NCBI RefSeq assembly: GCF_000009045.1
Contig: NC_000964.3
Coordinates: 4,183,607-4,215,606 of the forward strand
DNA from: Bacillus subtilis subsp. subtilis str. 168
GTDB taxonomy: Bacteria; Bacillota; Bacilli; Bacillales; Bacillaceae
DNA length: 32,000 nt
Reading direction: 5' to 3'
The position numbers and the translations under genes are program-made. The notes under the pieces are model-generated. The model made no database searches. It had not been told where the DNA came from and saw nothing but the letters and a program-made list of their open reading frames with translations. This document shows positions 27,904 to 32,000 of this stretch, piece after piece (position 1 is the stretch's first letter; each line of letters begins with the position of its first letter).

Positions 27904-29283
27904 TTATTTTCCTAAACAGAATTGAGAAAAGAGCTGATCAATTAAGCTTTCGTGGACAGAATCTCCAATGATTTCCCCTAAAAGCTCCCAGCATCTTGTA
28001 AGGTCAATTTGCACCATGTCGATCGGGACATCCTGTTCGATGCCGCTAAGCGCATCTTCAATGGCGCGTTTTGCTTGCTGTAAAATAGTGATGTGACGTG
28101 TGTTGCTGACATAAGTCAGATCACCGCTTTCAATGGCACCCGTGTAGAACAGTGATTGAATCGCTTCTTCCAGATCATTGATGCCTTCCTCTTTTAAAAG
28201 AGATGTCGTAACAACTGGACGTCCATTGGCAAGCTCACGGACACGTTCAGTGTCAATCTTCGGCTCAAGGTCAGTCTTATTCAAAATCACGATAACATCC
28301 ATGCCCTCAACGGCTTCAAAAAGCTTCACGTCTTCTTCAGAAAGCTCTTCACTATAATTAAGCACAAGTAAAATCAGGTCCGCTTCCTTTAGGACCTGGC
28401 GAGAACGTTCAACACCGATTCGCTCAACAATATCCTCTGTTTCACGAATACCTGCTGTATCAACCAGACGAAGCGGAACGCCCCTTACATTCACGTATTC
28501 CTCAATCACATCCCGTGTCGTTCCGGGAATATCGGTTACAATGGCTTTTGCCTCATGAACGAGGCTGTTCAGAAGAGATGATTTTCCTACGTTTGGCCGG
28601 CCGATAATGACGGTAGAAAGACCTTCACGCAAGATTTTTCCTTGCTCAGAAGTCCTCAGCAGCGTCTCAATTTCCTTTTTCACGGCGGTTGCCTTTTCGA
28701 CTAAAATCTGATGCGTCATTTCCTCTACATCATCATACTCCGGATAATCAATATTCACCTCAACATGGGCCAGTGTTTCTAAAATCTCACTGCGCAAACG
28801 GCGCACCAAAGCAGAAAGACGCCCTTCCATTTGATTCATAGCAACGTTCATTGCCCGGTCCGTTTTCGCTCTGATTAAGTCCATAACCGCTTCCGCCTGT
28901 GAAAGATCGATTCGGCCGTTTAAAAACGCACGTTTCGTAAATTCACCAGGCTCTGCCAGTCTCGCTCCCTCTCTCAATGCAAGCTGAAGCACTTGGTTCA
29001 CAGTCACAATTCCCCCGTGACAGTTAATCTCGATGACATCTTCTCGTGTAAAAGTTCTCGGCGCTTTTAACACTGATACCATTACTTCCTCAACGACACG
29101 ATCCGAAGGTCTGTCTACGATATGACCATAATGAATCGTATGTGATTCGACCGAGCTGAGTGTTTTCCCCTTCGGTCCCTTATAAATTTTATCTGCGATT
29201 TGAATGGCTTCTGGTCCGCTCAACCGTACAATCGCAATCGCGCCTTCTCCCATCGGTGTGGAAATTGCCGCAATTGTATCCAT
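27904..29283 (-). CDS. mnmE: tRNA modification GTPase MnmE (ThdF/TrmE)
   Basis: AGAGGTGA precedes the ATG at 29283, giving 459 aa. G1 motif GRPNVGKSS and C-terminal FCLGK. Confidence 0.95.
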   Translation of the reverse strand: MDTIAAISTPMGEGAIAIVRLSGPEAIQIADKIYKGPKGKTLSSVESHTIHYGHIVDRPSDRVVEEVMVSVLKAPRTFTREDVIEINCHGGIVTVNQVLQLALREGARLAEPGEFTKRAFLNGRIDLSQAEAVMDLIRAKTDRAMNVAMNQMEGRLSALVRRLRSEILETLAHVEVNIDYPEYDDVEEMTHQILVEKATAVKKEIETLLRTSEQGKILREGLSTVIIGRPNVGKSSLLNSLVHEAKAIVTDIPGTTRDVIEEYVNVRGVPLRLVDTAGIRETEDIVERIGVERSRQVLKEADLILLVLNYSEELSEEDVKLFEAVEGMDVIVILNKTDLEPKIDTERVRELANGRPVVTTSLLKEEGINDLEEAIQSLFYTGAIESGDLTYVSNTRHITILQQAKRAIEDALSGIEQDVPIDMVQIDLTRCWELLGEIIGDSVHESLIDQLFSQFCLGK

Positions 29284-29382
29284 GTTGTTCACCTCTCTTT
29301 ACTTATACTTCATCTATATAAAAAAATTTTTATTATGCCAAAACTAAAAGATAACATAGTTTGGTTCGAAGTGGAAGATTTG

Positions 29383-29391
29383 TTATCCACA
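29383..29391 (+). promoter_or_regulatory. Consensus DnaA box TTATCCACA
   Basis: Exact 9-mer read directly in the jag-mnmE intergenic region. Confidence 0.8.
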
Positions 29392-29422
29392 GAAATAGAA
29401 ATTCGTCCCTTATTACTTTAAC

Positions 29423-29431
29423 TTATCCACA
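29423..29431 (+). promoter_or_regulatory. Consensus DnaA box TTATCCACA
   Basis: Exact 9-mer, 40 bp from the first box and in the same orientation. Confidence 0.8.
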
Positions 29432-29469
29432 TGTGAATAACAATTAATTTTATTTCCTGAACTTCCTTT

Positions 29470-29478
29470 TTATCAACA
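29470..29478 (+). promoter_or_regulatory. One-mismatch DnaA box TTATCAACA
   Basis: Read directly. Same orientation as the two consensus boxes. Confidence 0.45.
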
Positions 29479-29550
29479 GGATACACCTAAAAAGAAAAAA
29501 CTTAAACGGCAAAACCTTGATATTACTAGGAAAAGTAGATTTTTCGGATA

Positions 29551-29590
29551 CAAAAAAACCGAAATCCAATTTTTATCGGACTTCGGTTTT
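29551..29590 (-). terminator. Rho-independent terminator of the rnpA-spoIIIJ-jag transcription unit
   Basis: Long stem AAAACCGAAGTCC...GGATTTCGGTTTT on the minus strand, 4 nt after the jag stop, running into a T7 tract. Confidence 0.7.
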
Positions 29591-29593
29591 ATG

Positions 29594-30220
29594 CTATCTT
29601 TTATGGGAAATAACGAGATGACGATTTTCGCCTTCACCCATTGAATATGTTTTGATCTGGTGGTTTGCATATCCAGAAAGAGTATCGTGAATAATTTTTC
29701 TTTCGCTGGACGGCATGGGCTCAAGCTGGATGGATTTTTTCGTTTTCAAAACCTGGTCAGCAAGCTTGATGGCCAGCTGGCTCAGTGTTTCTTTTCTTTT
29801 CAAACGATAGTTTTCTGCATCCACCGTCACATTTTTATATTGGCCTGGATAACGGTTAAGGGCAAGCTGTGTCAAAGTTTCAAGGGCGTTTAAAGTTTGT
29901 CCTCTTTTCCCAATCAACAATGCTGCCTTTTCACCTGTTATATGATATCTCACTGTCTTTTTGCTTTCTTGAACAGTCACATCAGACTTCCCGGCAATGG
30001 CTTCGGCAATCGTTTGAAGATATAACTTCGCTTGCTGAATCGGATCAATCTTTTCAACCAGCTTTACGATCGCAGGCTTTTTACCGAAAATACCGAGAAA
30101 CCCTTTGTTTCCCTCTTCAATAACAGTAATTTCTACCTTATCCTTCGTTAATCCCAACTCTTGCAATCCGGACTGTACTGCTTCATCGACATTTCGCCCT
30201 GCAGCAGTCACATTCCTCAC
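29594..30220 (-). CDS. jag: Jag/KhpB RNA-binding protein (Jag-N, KH and R3H domains)
   Basis: 208 aa with a GTG start overlapping the spoIIIJ stop (GTGA). R3H-like region [16 protein letters not shown]. Confidence 0.9.
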   Translation of the reverse strand: MRNVTAAGRNVDEAVQSGLQELGLTKDKVEITVIEEGNKGFLGIFGKKPAIVKLVEKIDPIQQAKLYLQTIAEAIAGKSDVTVQESKKTVRYHITGEKAALLIGKRGQTLNALETLTQLALNRYPGQYKNVTVDAENYRLKRKETLSQLAIKLADQVLKTKKSIQLEPMPSSERKIIHDTLSGYANHQIKTYSMGEGENRHLVISHKR

Positions 30221-31002
30221 TTTTTCTTTCCTCCGGCTTTTTGCGGCTCAGGATTTTTTTTAATATCAGGTCCTTTAATGAGGAAAGTTTGCGCAATCAT
30301 AAACAAGTTACCAACTACCCAATAAAGAGAAAGAGCCGCCGGGAAGTTGATCGCAAATACGATAATCATAATTGGCATAATCCAAAGCATCATCGCCATT
30401 TGCGGATTTTGCTGCGCATTGCCAGCCATCATCAGTTTTTGCTGAACAAATGTAGCGACACCGGCAACGATAGGAAGAATATAGTAAGGATCTTTTTCTC
30501 CTAAGTCAAACCATAAGAAGCTATGCTCTGAAATCGCCTGGGTTCTCATGATCGCATGATAGAATCCAATTAAAATCGGCATCTGGATCAAAATCGGGAA
30601 ACATCCCGCCAATGGATTGACACCATGCTTTTGGAATAAAGCCATTGTTTCCTGTTGAAGCTTTTGCTGCGTTTTTTGATCCTTTGAGCTGTATTTTTCT
30701 TTAAGCTTTTGCATTTCCGGCTGTAAAGCCTGCATCGCTTTCGAACTTCTCAGCTGCTTAATCATCAGCGGTAAAATTAATAAACGAATTAAAATGGTAA
30801 CTAGAATAATTGAAAGCCCGTAGTTATCTCCCGTCAATTTCGCTACATACGTAATGAGCTCAGACAATGGATATACTACGTACTTGTCCCAGAAATGCGG
30901 ACTATCTGCAGTGATCGGCTCTTTCACACTCGAGCATCCAGCCAAAAGCATGAATACGCCAACCATACTTAATAGCAACCCTATTCTCCTTTTCAACAAC
31001 AT
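30217..31002 (-). CDS. spoIIIJ: YidC/Oxa1-family membrane protein insertase (lipoprotein)
   Basis: 261 aa with the lipobox LLAGCSS, conserved YidC core helices and a basic C-terminal tail. Confidence 0.95.
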   Translation of the reverse strand: MLLKRRIGLLLSMVGVFMLLAGCSSVKEPITADSPHFWDKYVVYPLSELITYVAKLTGDNYGLSIILVTILIRLLILPLMIKQLRSSKAMQALQPEMQKLKEKYSSKDQKTQQKLQQETMALFQKHGVNPLAGCFPILIQMPILIGFYHAIMRTQAISEHSFLWFDLGEKDPYYILPIVAGVATFVQQKLMMAGNAQQNPQMAMMLWIMPIMIIVFAINFPAALSLYWVVGNLFMIAQTFLIKGPDIKKNPEPQKAGGKKK

Positions 31003-31146
31003 TTCCTCCTATAATTAATCTTTACACTCTTTTATTGCAAAGCATACTTGTATGTATTTTAGCATCTTTCAGTTTTAAATGGTGTCTTTTTCTGATCAAC
31101 CAGAAAGGAAGCGCTTTTAAAAGTTGTAAGAAAGCAGTGGTGATGC

Positions 31147-31506
31147 CTACTTTGACGAAGATTTCTTATATAATGAAGACTTTCTGAATAGATGCTGCAG
31201 ACTTTTTTTCGTTTCCTCATATGTCAGCTGGCTCGCCGGTTTTCTGGCAATAATGATGTAATCCTTTTCCTTCAGTCTCTCTTTCTCTTCAAGAAAGGCC
31301 TGCCGAATCAAACGTTTGATCCGATTTCGCATCACAGCATTGCCAATTTTTTTGCTGACGGAAAGCCCGACACGCAGTTCATCATTTTCAGGCTGATCAA
31401 GCGTATATAAGACAAACTGGCGGTTTGCAACTGATGTCCCATGTTTAAACACTTTTTGAAAATCTTCATTTTTCTTTAAACGATTTCGCTTCTTCAAATG
31501 ACTCAC
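31147..31506 (-). CDS. rnpA: RNase P protein component
   Basis: RNR motif [15 protein letters not shown]. The track start is the GTG at 31506. A TTG at 31497, 8 nt after GGAG, would give the 116-aa form, so the start is uncertain by 3 codons. Confidence 0.9.
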
Positions 31507-31619
31507 TCCGATACTGGCTGGCAGAAACTTTTAAAATTTATTATGAACATGAGATGCATCTGAACCAGGAAGCATGCCCCGGTTCATTACGCATCACATC
31601 TATCTTTTCCCATAACGTG

Positions 31620-31648
31620 AAAAAAGACCACTGACATTATTCAGTGGC

Positions 31649-31650
<2 letters not shown>
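31620..31650 (-). terminator. Hairpin with T6 tract between rpmH and rnpA (terminator/attenuator)
   Basis: GGCCACTGA-6 nt-TCAGTGGTC on the minus strand (one G-U pair), followed by TTTTTT. It begins within the rpmH stop codon. Confidence 0.55.
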
Positions 31651-31786
<136 letters not shown>

Positions 31787-32000
31787 TGACACCTCCCTCG
31801 AGGAATAGCTGTTAAAGACAGTCTTACTTATTATATTTGCGTTACCTATTCATTGTCAACTTCACTAGTGCTTTTATTTCTTGCAACCATAATAGGATAC
31901 CATACCTTTTCAACTTTCGAAACCTTATTTTTTAGATTCCTTAATTTTACGGAAAAAAGACAAATTCAAACAATTTGCCCCTAAAATCACGCATGTGGAT

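Noticed and set aside
29200-29421. 73-aa plus-strand ORF across the mnmE start and the DnaA-box region
   Set aside because: It is antisense to the mnmE N-terminus and runs through the regulatory region. It has no RBS.

Overview
This window is the origin-proximal end of a Bacillus subtilis 168-type chromosome, recognised from the proteins. The gene order is yybA' - yyaT - yyaS - satA(yyaR) - yyaQ - yyaP - tetB/tetL - yyaO - yyaN - yyaM - yyaL - yyaK - yyaJ - maa - yyaH - ccpB - exoA - rpsR - ssbA - rpsF - ychF - yyaE - yyzM - yyaD - yyaC - spo0J - soj - yyaB - noc - rsmG - mnmG - mnmE - jag - spoIIIJ - rnpA - rpmH. The window ends about 0.2 kb into the rpmH-dnaA (oriC) intergenic region. The right two thirds (about 12.1-31.8 kb) are well-characterised core genes, almost all on the minus strand, so they are co-directional with a fork leaving oriC. 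This part also holds known cis elements: the parS site inside spo0J and a DnaA-box cluster between jag and mnmE. I found no CRISPR array, rRNA, tRNA, transposase, integrase or phage genes. The left third (about 1.5-7.6 kb) is the accessory part and holds the most interesting signal I could find. The 5' end of yyaL (RBS plus about 58 codons) occurs four times in direct orientation, at about 2262, 3797, 5785 and 7574, and only the last copy belongs to an intact gene. The copies are more decayed the further they lie from yyaL. They split the region into three cargo modules: yyaQ-yyaP, tetB with its leader peptide, and the MerR/EamA pair yyaN-yyaM. Each remnant also carries a short tail resembling the YyaL C-terminus. 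This looks like serial insertion of integrase-less modules at one hotspot in the yyaL 5' end. It also places tetB between direct repeats, which is a ready substrate for amplification. Everything else reported is ordinary regulatory structure (terminators, a MerR-type 19-bp-spacer promoter, operator-like palindromes) or low-confidence candidates such as a possible small RNA between yyaD and yyaC. Many ORF-track entries are antisense shadow ORFs or 5'-over-extended versions of real genes. I corrected starts from RBS positions where I could.
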